Below, in pieces: positions 46,490 through 54,929 of a DNA stretch of 64,000 nucleotides. The DNA lies in the NCBI GenBank assembly GCA_965208215.1, contig CBDBOH010000003.1, positions 1,470,880 to 1,534,879 of the forward strand. The letters are read 5' to 3'. Both the position numbers and the translations under genes were made by a program. The notes below the pieces were generated by a model, which had not been told where the DNA came from, made no database searches, and was given only the letters and a program-made list of their open reading frames with translations. Position 1 is the stretch's first letter. The number at the start of each line of letters is the position of its first letter. The DNA comes from Chloroflexota bacterium. GTDB lineage: Bacteria; Chloroflexota; UBA11872.

Positions 46490-47587
46490 TTAGGCGGTGT
46501 GGGCGTCCAGGCCGCGAATCAGGTCCAGATCAACGCCCTTGCCCTGCGTCAAAACCTGGAAGCGTCCGAGGTCGGTGGGTGAGACCAACTGGAATACAGC
46601 TTCGCGCTCCGCCCGGTAGGTTTCCAGCGTGGCGTCCGGTCGCTCCTGGAAGCGCACGAGGTGATCGCCGACACCCAGGGCCGCCAGGAAGTCCGCTTGC
46701 TGGCCCATTCGGGCGCTCTCGAATCCCTGGGACCGGCCTTCGTCAATCAATTGCGTGAAGTTTACGTGGGCGGTCAGATCGGCCTGGCCAGGGTTGGCGA
46801 GGACGTCGTCGGATGCCCGATGGCGTCGATACGCGAGCAACGTTCCCGCGGCCAGCCGTTGGGAGTGAACCGTCGCGCTGCCGCCTCCGTAGTCGATGCT
46901 CGTCATCACGATCTTCGAACCAAGCCTGGCGGCGTGACGATAGATCGTTTCGACACCCTGGCGGACTTCGATGCGGCCGCCCTCAGGCGTGGCGCCCGCG
47001 TAGCGATCCGTGTAGGTGCGTAGCTCGGCAGCTGCGGGCCGGTCTGTGAAGAAGGCCTTGCCTCTTTGGAAAGCCACACATTCCTCGACCCAGCCGGTGG
47101 GTGTGCGACGGGCCAGGCGCACGGGGAGGGCGTCGAAGAACTCGTTCGACAGAATTGCCGTGGCGTCGGATGCGGGAATCTCTTCGATCGAACGGTAGAG
47201 AACGTCGAGCGAGTCAGCGGCGTGGGACGCCGGCGCGCGCTCGACTCCCGCGTACGTGAGCGAACCGCCCCAAGGGAATCGGCCGGCCGCGTGGCGTATC
47301 TGGCGTGCGAGGCGGCCGTCGGCCGCGCCAAGCTCGACGATGCGGAACGGATCGGGCTGTCCGAGCGTTCGCCAGACGTCTTGCAGGTGATCCGCCAGTA
47401 TCCGGCCGAACAGCGTCGGATGCACGCTGACGCTGGTGAAGTAGTCCGCATAGGGCGCATCGTCCCGGCTATAGAAGCCGTCGGATGGATCGTAGAGGGC
47501 CTGTTCCATGTACAGGCTGAACGGCAAGGGGCCGCGGGCGTCGGCCTGGTCATGGAGGCGCTGGGCTAGAGCGTTGGCGGCCGTCAT
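46490..47587 (-). CDS. SAM-dependent methyltransferase, MidA/NDUFAF7-like (DUF185)
   Basis: FSLYMEQALYDPSDGFYS...YFTSVSVHPTLFGRILADHL...IVELGAADGRLARQI. Confidence 0.55.
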   Translation of the reverse strand: MTAANALAQRLHDQADARGPLPFSLYMEQALYDPSDGFYSRDDAPYADYFTSVSVHPTLFGRILADHLQDVWRTLGQPDPFRIVELGAADGRLARQIRHAAGRFPWGGSLTYAGVERAPASHAADSLDVLYRSIEEIPASDATAILSNEFFDALPVRLARRTPTGWVEECVAFQRGKAFFTDRPAAAELRTYTDRYAGATPEGGRIEVRQGVETIYRHAARLGSKIVMTSIDYGGGSATVHSQRLAAGTLLAYRRHRASDDVLANPGQADLTAHVNFTQLIDEGRSQGFESARMGQQADFLAALGVGDHLVRFQERPDATLETYRAEREAVFQLVSPTDLGRFQVLTQGKGVDLDLIRGLDAHTA

Positions 47588-47659
47588 AAGGCGTCGATCG
47601 GCAGCCGTGAACGTCGAGGTTTCGGCTTGCCTGGGCGGGCGCGCCCGGCGGGCCTGGCG

Positions 47660-48004
47660 CTATTGCAGCGCGGACATCGCGTAGACGAACGCCACGAAAA
47701 GGAAGATGACCAGACCCCAAACAATGACCGGGATACCGAGGAAGCTCCCGCTGGAACCGGGCGAGGCCTGGGTCGGCCGCTGCTGCGCGCGTTCCCGCTC
47801 GGTTCGGTCACGCAGCCGGCGCAGGTTTTCGCTGATCTGGGGTGCGAAGCGACTGGGCTCGTCGCTTTCGGCCGCCGATCCGGCTTGTTGCCCCGACGTC
47901 TCCGCAGCCTGTTCCTGATCCTCCGGCCTCGGCAACTTCGCCCCGCAGTTGATGCAGAGCCAGGCACCCTCGGTGTTCTGGTGGTCGCACTCTTGACAGC
48001 GCAT
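47660..48004 (-). CDS. zinc-ribbon domain protein with C-terminal TM anchor
   Basis: MRCQECDHQNTEGAWLCINCGAKL ... GIPVIVWGLVIFLFVAFVYAMSALQ. Confidence 0.55.
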   Translation of the reverse strand: MRCQECDHQNTEGAWLCINCGAKLPRPEDQEQAAETSGQQAGSAAESDEPSRFAPQISENLRRLRDRTERERAQQRPTQASPGSSGSFLGIPVIVWGLVIFLFVAFVYAMSALQ

Positions 48005-48105
48005 GGCGCTCCGGTTCGGCCCGTGAGTTGCTGGTGGTGATTCATGCTAGCACCAGGCCGGGCGGGTGGCCGGAGGCGGAAATTGGCGGGGGGGGTGAAG
48101 GGGGG

Positions 48106-48158
48106 AACTGTCTCTCGCCAGCCCGCCCCCAGAGGGGGCGGGCTGGCGAGAGACAGTT
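48106..48158. repeat. perfect 25-bp inverted repeat with 3-nt loop (AACTGTCTCTCGCCAGCCCGCCCCC aga GGGGGCGGGCTGGCGAGAGACAGTT), flanked by G-runs
   Basis: Read directly from the sequence; no mismatches in the stem; no U-tract on either strand. Confidence 0.8.
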
Positions 48159-48532
48159 TGGGCGGATCTCTTGGGGGGTCGGCGACGAAAGTCGGGGCTG
48201 AGAGGGGGCGGCAGAACGGTTCCGGGGACGCCGGGTGCGCGGGCGCGCCGAGGGGGTGGGGCGGAAGCGTCTCAACCGGAAGTAGCCGGCATGAAACCGG
48301 CTCTTACGCAAGGTCAGGAACGAGCGGCGACGCTCGGTGACGGAAGGAGCGAGCAGGCGGAGGAGGCGGGCGAGCACGATGGTTCCGGGGGATGGACTGG
48401 GATAGGATGCCTCTAGTGTACACGATATGGTTACGAAGAGCAAGGGTGATGGGAGGAGGCGTGCGAGGAGCCGGGGAGGAGAGGACGCGAGGATGGCGAG
48501 GCCAGGAAGAAGCGGGGTGAGCGCGGCCTGGG

Positions 48533-48660
48533 ATGTGTTCAGTCGATTGGGGCGATGTGTTCAGTTTTTGGCCGAATGTGTTCAGTTTCCGGCCCGATGT
48601 GTTCACATTTCGGCCGGATGTGTTCACTTCTGAGGGTCAGGTGTTCAGTTTCGGGCGAGG
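48533..48660. repeat. array of 6 direct repeats with 21-bp period (consensus ATGTGTTCAGTTTYSGGCCGR)
   Basis: Units start at 48534, 48555, 48576, 48597, 48618 and 48639. Confidence 0.8.
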
Positions 48661-48741
48661 CGCGTCCCCCCTCACGGCCCCTTCGACAAGCTCAGGGCAG
48701 GCTCTTCGGCACGCTCAGGACAGGTCTCCGGGGACGCCGGG

Positions 48742-48868
48742 ATGTGTCCACTCTGTCGGGCCGATGTGTCCAGTTTTTGGCCGGATGTGTCCACTTTTCG
48801 GCCGAATGTGTCCAGTTTCGGGGGCAATGTGTCCACTTTGGCGGGGGAGGTGTCCAGTTCTCGGCGGC
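48742..48868. repeat. second array of 6 direct repeats with 21-bp period (consensus ATGTGTCCASTTTYSGGCCGR)
   Basis: Units start at 48743, 48764, 48785, 48806, 48827 and 48848. Begins 209 bp after array 1, and a similar ~130-bp tail follows each array. Confidence 0.8.
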
Positions 48869-49060
48869 GGGCGTGCCCTCGGTTCAGGGGCGACGGGATG
48901 GGACGGCCGCGGCCGGGGATCGGGCGCGGAAGGAAGTCGAGCCCCCCATTCGACAGACTCAGGGCTGGCTCTCGGCGGCCCCCGGGATGACAGAGAGGGC
49001 GGTTGCGGGGTTGAACAAGGATGGGCGGTGGTACTTGCCAAGGAGATTACGGTGGATTTG

Positions 49061-49083
49061 GCCCAATAAGGGCTATATTGGGC
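49061..49083. promoter_or_regulatory. palindromic operator-like site GCCCAATA-agggcta-TATTGGGC upstream of the antitoxin gene
   Basis: Perfect 8-bp inverted repeat with 7-bp spacer, 25 nt upstream of ATG 49108. Confidence 0.5.
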
Positions 49084-49107
49084 TGGATGAGTTCGAAAGG
49101 ACTTCGT

Positions 49108-49440
49108 ATGCGTGGGCGTGAGGCGGTGACGGAGCGGGTGGCGGCGTCGCAGGCGAAGCGGGATTGGAGCAAGGTGATTAACCGCGCCTTCAGCGGCGAG
49201 GTCCGGTTTGTGGTGGAGAAGCATGGGACGCCGGTGGCGGGGATCGTTTCGGCCGACGACATTGAACGGCTGGCCGCGCTGGATGCGCGATGGGCCGAGG
49301 GACACGAAATCCTGAAGCGGTTCGGTCGGGCGTTTCGTGACCAGACAGCGGAAGAGATCGAGGAAGCCGTAGCTCAAGCGGTCGCCGAAGTGCGAGCCGA
49401 GAATCGAAGCGGGGCGGAGCTTCAACCTGTGCCTGAGTGA
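49108..49440 (+). CDS. Phd/YefM-like type II antitoxin
   Basis: MRGREAVTERVAASQAKRDWSKVINRAFSGEVRFVVEKHGTPVAGIVSADDIERL. SD AAAGGA upstream; stop overlaps the PIN gene start. Confidence 0.6.
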   Translation: MRGREAVTERVAASQAKRDWSKVINRAFSGEVRFVVEKHGTPVAGIVSADDIERLAALDARWAEGHEILKRFGRAFRDQTAEEIEEAVAQAVAEVRAENRSGAELQPVPE

Positions 49441-49883
49441 TTCGCGTCGTCGCGGACACAAATGTCCTGGCGTCGGGGCTGGCCGGATATGACGCTTTGG
49501 ATGGTCCGGCTGCGTATCTCCTGCGGGCGTGGCAGCAACGGCGCTTTGATCTCGTAGCGTCCGGCCCAATCTTCGAAGAACTCGAACGGACGCTTGCGAA
49601 GCCGTACTTCACGCAGCGCCTCGGGCCAACGGGCGCTTGGCGAGCGTTGGATTTTGTTCGCGAGGGCGCCCTATTGGTGATCGAGTTGGCCGACGTCCGG
49701 GGCGTGGCCACGACGCCGGCTGACGACTTGATCCTGGCTACCGCAGTCGCGGGAAGGGCGAGTCATCTCGTCACGGGCGATCGTCAGCTTCGCAACCTGG
49801 GCGAGTACCAGGGCGTGAGGGTTGTTGGACCGCGTGCGTTTGTGGACTGGCTGGATGCGGGGATGCCTGGGGATGTGGGGTGA
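49437..49883 (+). CDS. PIN-domain toxin (VapC-like)
   Basis: MIRVVADTNVLASG...DLILATAVAGRASHLVTGD. Confidence 0.7.
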   Translation: MIRVVADTNVLASGLAGYDALDGPAAYLLRAWQQRRFDLVASGPIFEELERTLAKPYFTQRLGPTGAWRALDFVREGALLVIELADVRGVATTPADDLILATAVAGRASHLVTGDRQLRNLGEYQGVRVVGPRAFVDWLDAGMPGDVG

Positions 49884-50117
49884 ACTGGCGGCGGGGATAG
49901 GGGCGGTGGCAGTGACCGCAGTGCAAGCAATTCGATCAGTGCCTGCGTTGATGGCAGTGCGGGCAAAGCTGGAAGCGACGACGCTGGTAGCGAGGCACCG
50001 GCGGATAAGGACAAGTCATGGGCATAGGCCCGAAGGCGGAGATGGATCGACGGCTGGGACGCATTACCGCTGCTGCCAAGGCCCAGGCTGCGCGCAGCCT
50101 GGGCCACCGGGCGGGCG

Positions 50118-50501
50118 TTATGTGGGCGGGTATGTCGGGGTATCGTCAGACACGACCACGGAGCCGGTCCGTCCGTCATAGACCATCTGGGCGCTCAGGA
50201 GAAAGTCGCGCCCGAGCAAGACGCCAAAGTCGTAGCCCAACTCGGCTAGCCGCGTGCCTCCAAACCGACCATGCTTGCCGAGATTCAAGGCGGGCACCGT
50301 CAAGTTCGCCAAGTACTCCGGCGTCTCGTACGCGCCGGCTGCCGATCCGTAGGAACGTATATCCACGATTTGAAGTCTCGCGTCGAACGCGAGCTTGACG
50401 TCGATCGCGCTTTCGCGAGCGCCGGTGTCAATCAGGGCCAGCGAGGAATGGGAGCGCTCCGTGTCCGCGGGACGTCCGATCGCGACCCGAATGATCGGAC
50501 C
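50118..50501 (-). CDS. retropepsin-like (clan AA) aspartic protease; stop-to-stop ORF with no canonical start codon before the DTGA active site
   Basis: GPIIRVAIGRPADTERSHSSLALIDTGARESAIDVKLAFDARLQIVDIRSYGSAAGAYETPEYLANLTVPALNLGKHGRFGGTRLAELGYDFGVLLGRDFLLSAQMVYDGRTGSVVV. TAA lies immediately upstream. The only ATG/GTG (50366) lies after the catalytic DTGA. Confidence 0.4.
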   Translation of the reverse strand, partial: GPIIRVAIGRPADTERSHSSLALIDTGARESAIDVKLAFDARLQIVDIRSYGSAAGAYETPEYLANLTVPALNLGKHGRFGGTRLAELGYDFGVLLGRDFLLSAQMVYDGRTGSVVVSDDTPTYPPT

Positions 50502-50554
50502 TTACGCCCACAGACCCGACGGGGACCCGGAGATACCACACTCGACGGACGGCA

Positions 50555-50881
50555 CTAGAGCAACCCGAACGCCAGCGCTGGCGGCAGCTGGCGAACGCGC
50601 TCATCTCCCACCTCTCGAATGTGGTACGGCCCGCCGCCAAACCTGTCAATTGCGGCCTCCGCTGCGTCTTCGAAGGTTTCGTAGATGTCCACCAGCTCCC
50701 GGTTGCGCACGATCACCCACTTGCCCAGATGTTCCGCCTCGAGTTCGGCCCGCATTTCGTCATACGCCGCAATCTCGCGCCGAATGGCGTCCATTGCCGC
50801 CTGGTCAACGTACTTCTCGTGTTCCACCGGGCTGCCGGGATCCATGGCCACCCTTTCAGCGCGCTCGTGTCCCAGGTACAC
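50555..50881 (-). CDS. small hypothetical protein (DUF5678-like C-terminal region) upstream of the protease
   Basis: ...HLGKWVIVRNRELVDIYETFEDAAEAAIDRFGGGPYHIREVG; possible internal start at M13. Confidence 0.4.
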   Translation of the reverse strand: MYLGHERAERVAMDPGSPVEHEKYVDQAAMDAIRREIAAYDEMRAELEAEHLGKWVIVRNRELVDIYETFEDAAEAAIDRFGGGPYHIREVGDERVRQLPPALAFGLL

Positions 50882-51136
50882 AAGAACCTACGGTGCCAAG
50901 AGCGTCCTGACAAAGTTGGGCATCACGACCGATTCACTGAACGCCGGAGGGCCATGGATGTCATCGGACGCGTGGTCGAGGCAGGTGAGGAGCACGGTGA
51001 TCGACGCGGCGACACGGCGGAAGGATCGGCGCAACTCGGAGTGGGGCACTACCGCGGCGTAGGTCTCCGTATACTCGAGTCCGGCGCCCATCGATTCAGT
51101 TGGCGCCGATCCCTTATCGCCGGGAGAAGTGGACTC

Positions 51137-51490
51137 TTGCCGACCTACGAATACGAGTGTTCGGACTGTGGCAATCGGGTTGAGGTTTTTCAGAGCTTCA
51201 GCGACGCGCCGCTGACGAGTTGCGAGGCATGCGGGGGCAAGCTGAAGAAGGTATTTCACCCGGCCGGGATCATCTTCAAGGGCAGCGGCTGGTACGCGAC
51301 CGACAGCCGATCCGCGTCGGAACGGAAGAAGTTCAAGGACGACGGCAAGCCGCCGGAGAAGTCCGACGCCAAGCCGGTCAAGTCCGACGGGGCCAAGAGC
51401 AACGGGAGCGCGACCGACGGCGGGGCCAAGGCCGGGGCGTCGGCGGGCGGGTCCGACAAGGCCTCAGGCTCCGGCGGCAGTTCCAACTAG
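51137..51490 (+). CDS. FmdB-family zinc-ribbon protein
   Basis: TTG start with GGGAGAAG SD: M/LPTYEYECSDCGNRVEVFQSFSDAPLTSCEACGGKLKKVF...; Gly/Ser/Lys-rich tail. Confidence 0.65.
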   Translation: MPTYEYECSDCGNRVEVFQSFSDAPLTSCEACGGKLKKVFHPAGIIFKGSGWYATDSRSASERKKFKDDGKPPEKSDAKPVKSDGAKSNGSATDGGAKAGASAGGSDKASGSGGSSN

Positions 51491-51523
51491 CCGGTCCTCC
51501 GGTCGCATTCTGGAGCTTCGGTA

Positions 51524-51991
51524 ATGCGAGCGGTCGTCCAGCGCGTCACGAAGGCCTCGGTTCAGATCGACGGTTGCGAGCACGCCTCGATCGGTCCCGG
51601 ACTCGTGGTGCTGGCCGGGGTGGCTCGCGGCGACGAGGATGCGGACGTGACCTACCTGGCCGACAAAGTCGCGAACCTGCGCGTGCTGGCCGACGATGCG
51701 GGGCGGATGAACCTGTCGGTTCTGGACACCGGCGGCGAGGTATTGCTGGTGTCGCAGTTCACATTGATCGCCGACACACGGAAGGGGCGGCGTCCGAGCT
51801 TTATTGGCGCGGAGGCGCCCGATCGGGCCGCCAAGCTTATCGACGACCTGGGAGAGGCACTGACGGCTCGCGGCGTACCGGTTCGGAGCGGCGTATTCCA
51901 GGCCGAGATGGAGGTGGCGCTGGTGAACGCCGGACCGGTGACGATCATCGTCGACAGCCACGACCGACGCACGCCGCGCCGGCAGGCGTAG
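51524..51991 (+). CDS. dtd: D-aminoacyl-tRNA deacylase
   Basis: MRAVVQRVTKASVQIDG...SQFTLIADTRKGRRPSF...NAGPVTI. Confidence 0.85.
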   Translation: MRAVVQRVTKASVQIDGCEHASIGPGLVVLAGVARGDEDADVTYLADKVANLRVLADDAGRMNLSVLDTGGEVLLVSQFTLIADTRKGRRPSFIGAEAPDRAAKLIDDLGEALTARGVPVRSGVFQAEMEVALVNAGPVTIIVDSHDRRTPRRQA

Positions 51992-51994
51992 ACC

Positions 51995-53344
51995 TTGTCG
52001 ATGTCCGGCTCAGCGGTTCAGTCGAGCGAGCGCGGCGTGCGGATCGTGCGCGGGGCCGAGCAGGTGCGGCGGACGCTGCTGGCGCGGTCGCCCGAACTGG
52101 TGACGATCGACGAGTCCGCGGTTGCGGCGGCATCGAGCGTGTTCGGCGAGACGCTCACGCCTCAGGCGTTCGTGGAGCGCGTCATTCGCGAGGTTCGGGA
52201 CGAGGGCGATGACGCCGTGCGGCGGATTGCCGCGGCGCTGGGCGACCACGTCGGGACGACCTTCGAGATCGGGCCAGCGGAGCTTGCCGACGCGAGCCGC
52301 CGGATCGATCCGGAGCTGCGAGGGGACATCGAGCTGGCGGCGGAGCGGATTCGCGACTACCACGAGCGCGAGATGCCAGCCGGGTTCGACCTTCCAGCGT
52401 TGGGCGCCGGCCAGCAGTGGATCCCGGTGGACCGCGCGGGTCTGCACGTGCCAGGACAGGCGGCGCCGCTGGTTTCGAGCCTGCTGATGGCCGCCGTGCC
52501 GGCCCGCGTGGCGGGCGTGGGCGAGACCGTGGTCACGACGCCGGTGCGGGCGGAGGGCATTGCCCCGGCACTTGCGGCGGCGGCCGAAGTGGCGGGGGTG
52601 GACCGGGTGTTTGGTCTGGGCGGCGCCCAGGCAATCGCGGCGCTGGCGCTGGGTACGGCGAGCGTGCCGCGTTGCGATGTGATCGTGGCTCCAGGCAACG
52701 CGTGGGTGATGCTGGCGACGCGGGCGCTCTACGGGGTGGTGGGCGTGGACCTGTTGCCCGGCCCGACCGAGACGCTGGTCATTGCCGATGCCGCGGCCGA
52801 CGCCGCGGAAGTGGCCGCCGACCTGATTGCGCAGGCGGAGCACGGAGGGCCGGCCAGTCCAATTGCCCTGACATCCGACCCAGGCATCGCAGCCGAGGTG
52901 GCGCGCGAGGTCGAGATACAGCTCGCCACGCTCCCGCGTGCGGACGTGGCCTGGGACAGTTTCGAGCAGCGCGGCGGCGTTGGTGTCGTGGAGGACCTGG
53001 CCCAGGCGGTCGAACTATCCAATGAGTACGGGCCGGAGCACCTGTGCCTGCTGGTGGAGGATCCGGAGGCGCTGCTGCCGCTGGTGCGGCATGCCGGCGG
53101 GGTGTTCCTGGGCAGCGCCTCGCCCGAGGTGCTGGGCGATTACGTGGCGGGGCCAAGCCACATCATGCCGACCGGCGGTACGGCCCGTTTCGCCTCGCCG
53201 GTTGGCGTGCGGTCGTTCCTGAAGACGGTGTCGGTCGTGCGCCTTTCGGCGGACCGAGCGGCGGCATTGGCCCCGGCGGCGGCGCGCCTGGCGCGGGCCG
53301 AGGGTCTGGAGGGCCACGCCAGGGCCGCCGAACGCCGGGCTTAG
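51995..53344 (+). CDS. hisD: histidinol dehydrogenase
   Basis: ...LHVPGQAAPLVSSLLMAAVPARVAGV...AQAEHG... Confidence 0.85.
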   Translation: MSMSGSAVQSSERGVRIVRGAEQVRRTLLARSPELVTIDESAVAAASSVFGETLTPQAFVERVIREVRDEGDDAVRRIAAALGDHVGTTFEIGPAELADASRRIDPELRGDIELAAERIRDYHEREMPAGFDLPALGAGQQWIPVDRAGLHVPGQAAPLVSSLLMAAVPARVAGVGETVVTTPVRAEGIAPALAAAAEVAGVDRVFGLGGAQAIAALALGTASVPRCDVIVAPGNAWVMLATRALYGVVGVDLLPGPTETLVIADAAADAAEVAADLIAQAEHGGPASPIALTSDPGIAAEVAREVEIQLATLPRADVAWDSFEQRGGVGVVEDLAQAVELSNEYGPEHLCLLVEDPEALLPLVRHAGGVFLGSASPEVLGDYVAGPSHIMPTGGTARFASPVGVRSFLKTVSVVRLSADRAAALAPAAARLARAEGLEGHARAAERRA

Positions 53345-53386
53345 ACGTGACTACAATGCCGCGATCCCTAGCGAGGCGAGATTTGC

Positions 53387-53986
53387 ATGGCTGAACGCCG
53401 CGCCAGCGTTGCGCGCGCCACGTCCGAGACCAAGGTTGAGGCGACCGTCGCCATTGACGGCGCCGGCGACTTCGGCGGCGGCACCGGCGTTGGATTCCTG
53501 GATCACATGCTGGCGCAGCTGGCTCGCCACGGCCTGTTCGACATCGAGGTGAACGCGGTGGGCGACCTTCACATCGACGCACACCACACCGCCGAAGACG
53601 TTGCGATCGTGCTTGGCCGGGCGTTCAGCGACGCACTGGGCGACCGTCAGGGCATCCAGCGCATGGGAGATGCCACGGTGCCGATGGACGAGGCGCTGGC
53701 GCAGGTGGCGGTCGACTTGGCCGGACGCGATTACGCCGCCTTCGACGGCGAGTTCAAGCAGGATCGCATCGGGGACCTGGAAACCAGCCTGCTGCCGCAC
53801 ATCGTCGGGTCCCTGGCGCGGCACATGGGCGCGGCGATTCACGTGCGCGTGCTGGCCGGCGACGACGATCACCACAAGGCCGAAGCCGTGTTCAAGGCGC
53901 TTGCGAGGGCCCTGGACCAAGCCACGGCGCTCGATCCGCGCCGGGCCGGCGCGGTGCCCAGCACCAAGGGCACGCTTACCGACTGA
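53387..53986 (+). CDS. hisB: imidazoleglycerol-phosphate dehydratase
   Basis: ARATSETKVEATVAIDG...GFLDHMLAQLARHGLFDIEVNAVGDLHIDAHHTAEDVAIVLG. Confidence 0.9.
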   Translation: MAERRASVARATSETKVEATVAIDGAGDFGGGTGVGFLDHMLAQLARHGLFDIEVNAVGDLHIDAHHTAEDVAIVLGRAFSDALGDRQGIQRMGDATVPMDEALAQVAVDLAGRDYAAFDGEFKQDRIGDLETSLLPHIVGSLARHMGAAIHVRVLAGDDDHHKAEAVFKALARALDQATALDPRRAGAVPSTKGTLTD

Positions 53987-53987
53987 C

Positions 53988-54755
53988 GTGGGCGATCAGG
54001 CCGCTGGTCGCCGCCTGCGTCTCGACCACCTGCTGGTGCGCCGCGGCCTGGCGCGGAGCCGTAGCTCAGCCCGGCAACTGGTCAGGGATGGCGAGGTGCT
54101 CCTGGCCGGCCACGTTGAGGAGCGGCCGGGGCGGCGCGTCAGCGTCGACGCGCAGGTCGTGCTGAGGGGGCAAGCACCTGAGTACGTGAGCCGGGGCGGA
54201 CGAAAGCTGGCCGCGGCCCTCGCGCACTTCGGGCTTGGAGTGGACGGGAGCATCGCCCTGGACGTGGGGGCATCGACCGGAGGGTTTACGGACTGCCTTC
54301 TGCAAGCGGGCGCGCGGCGTGTCACGGCGGTGGACGTGGGTCGTGATCAACTCGCGCCGAGTTTGCGGGGCGACGCCAGGGTCCGGGTGCTGGAGTCCAC
54401 CGACGCGCGTGACCTTCCGCCGCTCGATCCGTCGCCCGACGTCGTGGTGGTCGACGTTTCCTTTGTTCGACTCCGCGATGTCTTGCCGGCGGTGCTGGCC
54501 GCGACGCCGGACGCTCGCTGGGCCCTGGTTCTGCTCAAGCCGCAGTTCGAGCTGCCGGGACGCCGCGTGCCGCGGGACGGAGTCATCAAGGAGCCGAGCG
54601 ATCGGAATGCGGTGCTGCTCGACTTCATTGCCTGGGCGGCGCGACGGGGAATATGCGTGGCCGCTTCCGAGGCCAGCGCGCTTTCCGGGGGCGAGGGCAA
54701 CCAGGAGACCTTCGTGCTGCTGCGGGGACCGGTGGTGGGTCACTTTGAGCTTTGA
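53988..54755 (+). CDS. tlyA: TlyA-family 16S/23S rRNA (cytidine-2'-O)-methyltransferase / hemolysin
   Basis: GTG start 1 nt after hisB stop. RLDHLLVRRGLARSRSSARQLVRDGEVL (S4 domain) ...LDVGASTGGFTDCLLQAGA (FtsJ-like MTase). Confidence 0.8.
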   Translation: MGDQAAGRRLRLDHLLVRRGLARSRSSARQLVRDGEVLLAGHVEERPGRRVSVDAQVVLRGQAPEYVSRGGRKLAAALAHFGLGVDGSIALDVGASTGGFTDCLLQAGARRVTAVDVGRDQLAPSLRGDARVRVLESTDARDLPPLDPSPDVVVVDVSFVRLRDVLPAVLAATPDARWALVLLKPQFELPGRRVPRDGVIKEPSDRNAVLLDFIAWAARRGICVAASEASALSGGEGNQETFVLLRGPVVGHFEL

Positions 54756-54780
54756 GTGCCCGGAAGACCCCTCACCCCAA

Positions 54781-54800
54781 CCCTCTCCCCCAGGAGAGGG
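54781..54800 (+). terminator. GC-rich hairpin CCCTCTCC-ccca-GGAGAGGG downstream of tlyA (no U-tract)
   Basis: 8-bp perfect stem 25 nt after the tlyA stop; a second run cccctcacccc precedes it. Confidence 0.35.
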
Positions 54801-54929
54801 AGAAAGACGGCGGCCCGCTCCAGAGTGAAGGGAACGTCCAAAGTGTCCCGCTACCCGGGGGCCGTGGCCGAATCAGCGGGGCAGAGGCAGCGACTATGAT
54901 GGATGCGACGGCGATGACGTGAGTGGCTG

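Noticed and set aside
48533-48870. 21-bp repeat arrays as a CRISPR array
   Set aside because: Units abut head to tail with no intervening unique spacers, and no cas genes are nearby.
48533-48870. 21-bp repeats as chromosomal oriC DnaA boxes
   Set aside because: The repeat core TGTGTYCAS does not match the DnaA box TTATCCACA or its complement, and no dnaA, dnaN or gidA genes are in the window.
48533-49121. ORFs 48533..49069, 48555..49121, 48427..48633 and 48742..48990 as protein-coding genes
   Set aside because: They are translations of the 21-bp tandem repeats in several frames (e.g. DVFSFRPDVFTFRPDVFT). The periodicity is in the DNA, the same repeats read open in multiple frames, and no start context is present. 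Treated as non-coding repeat arrays.
50428-50649. ORF 50428..50649 (-) as the N-terminal part of the protease via frameshift
   Set aside because: Its TGA does overlap the protease DTG codons in another frame. However, its translation is W/R-rich nonsense antisense to nothing conserved, and it would fuse after the point where the protease domain must already have begun. No slippery site is seen.
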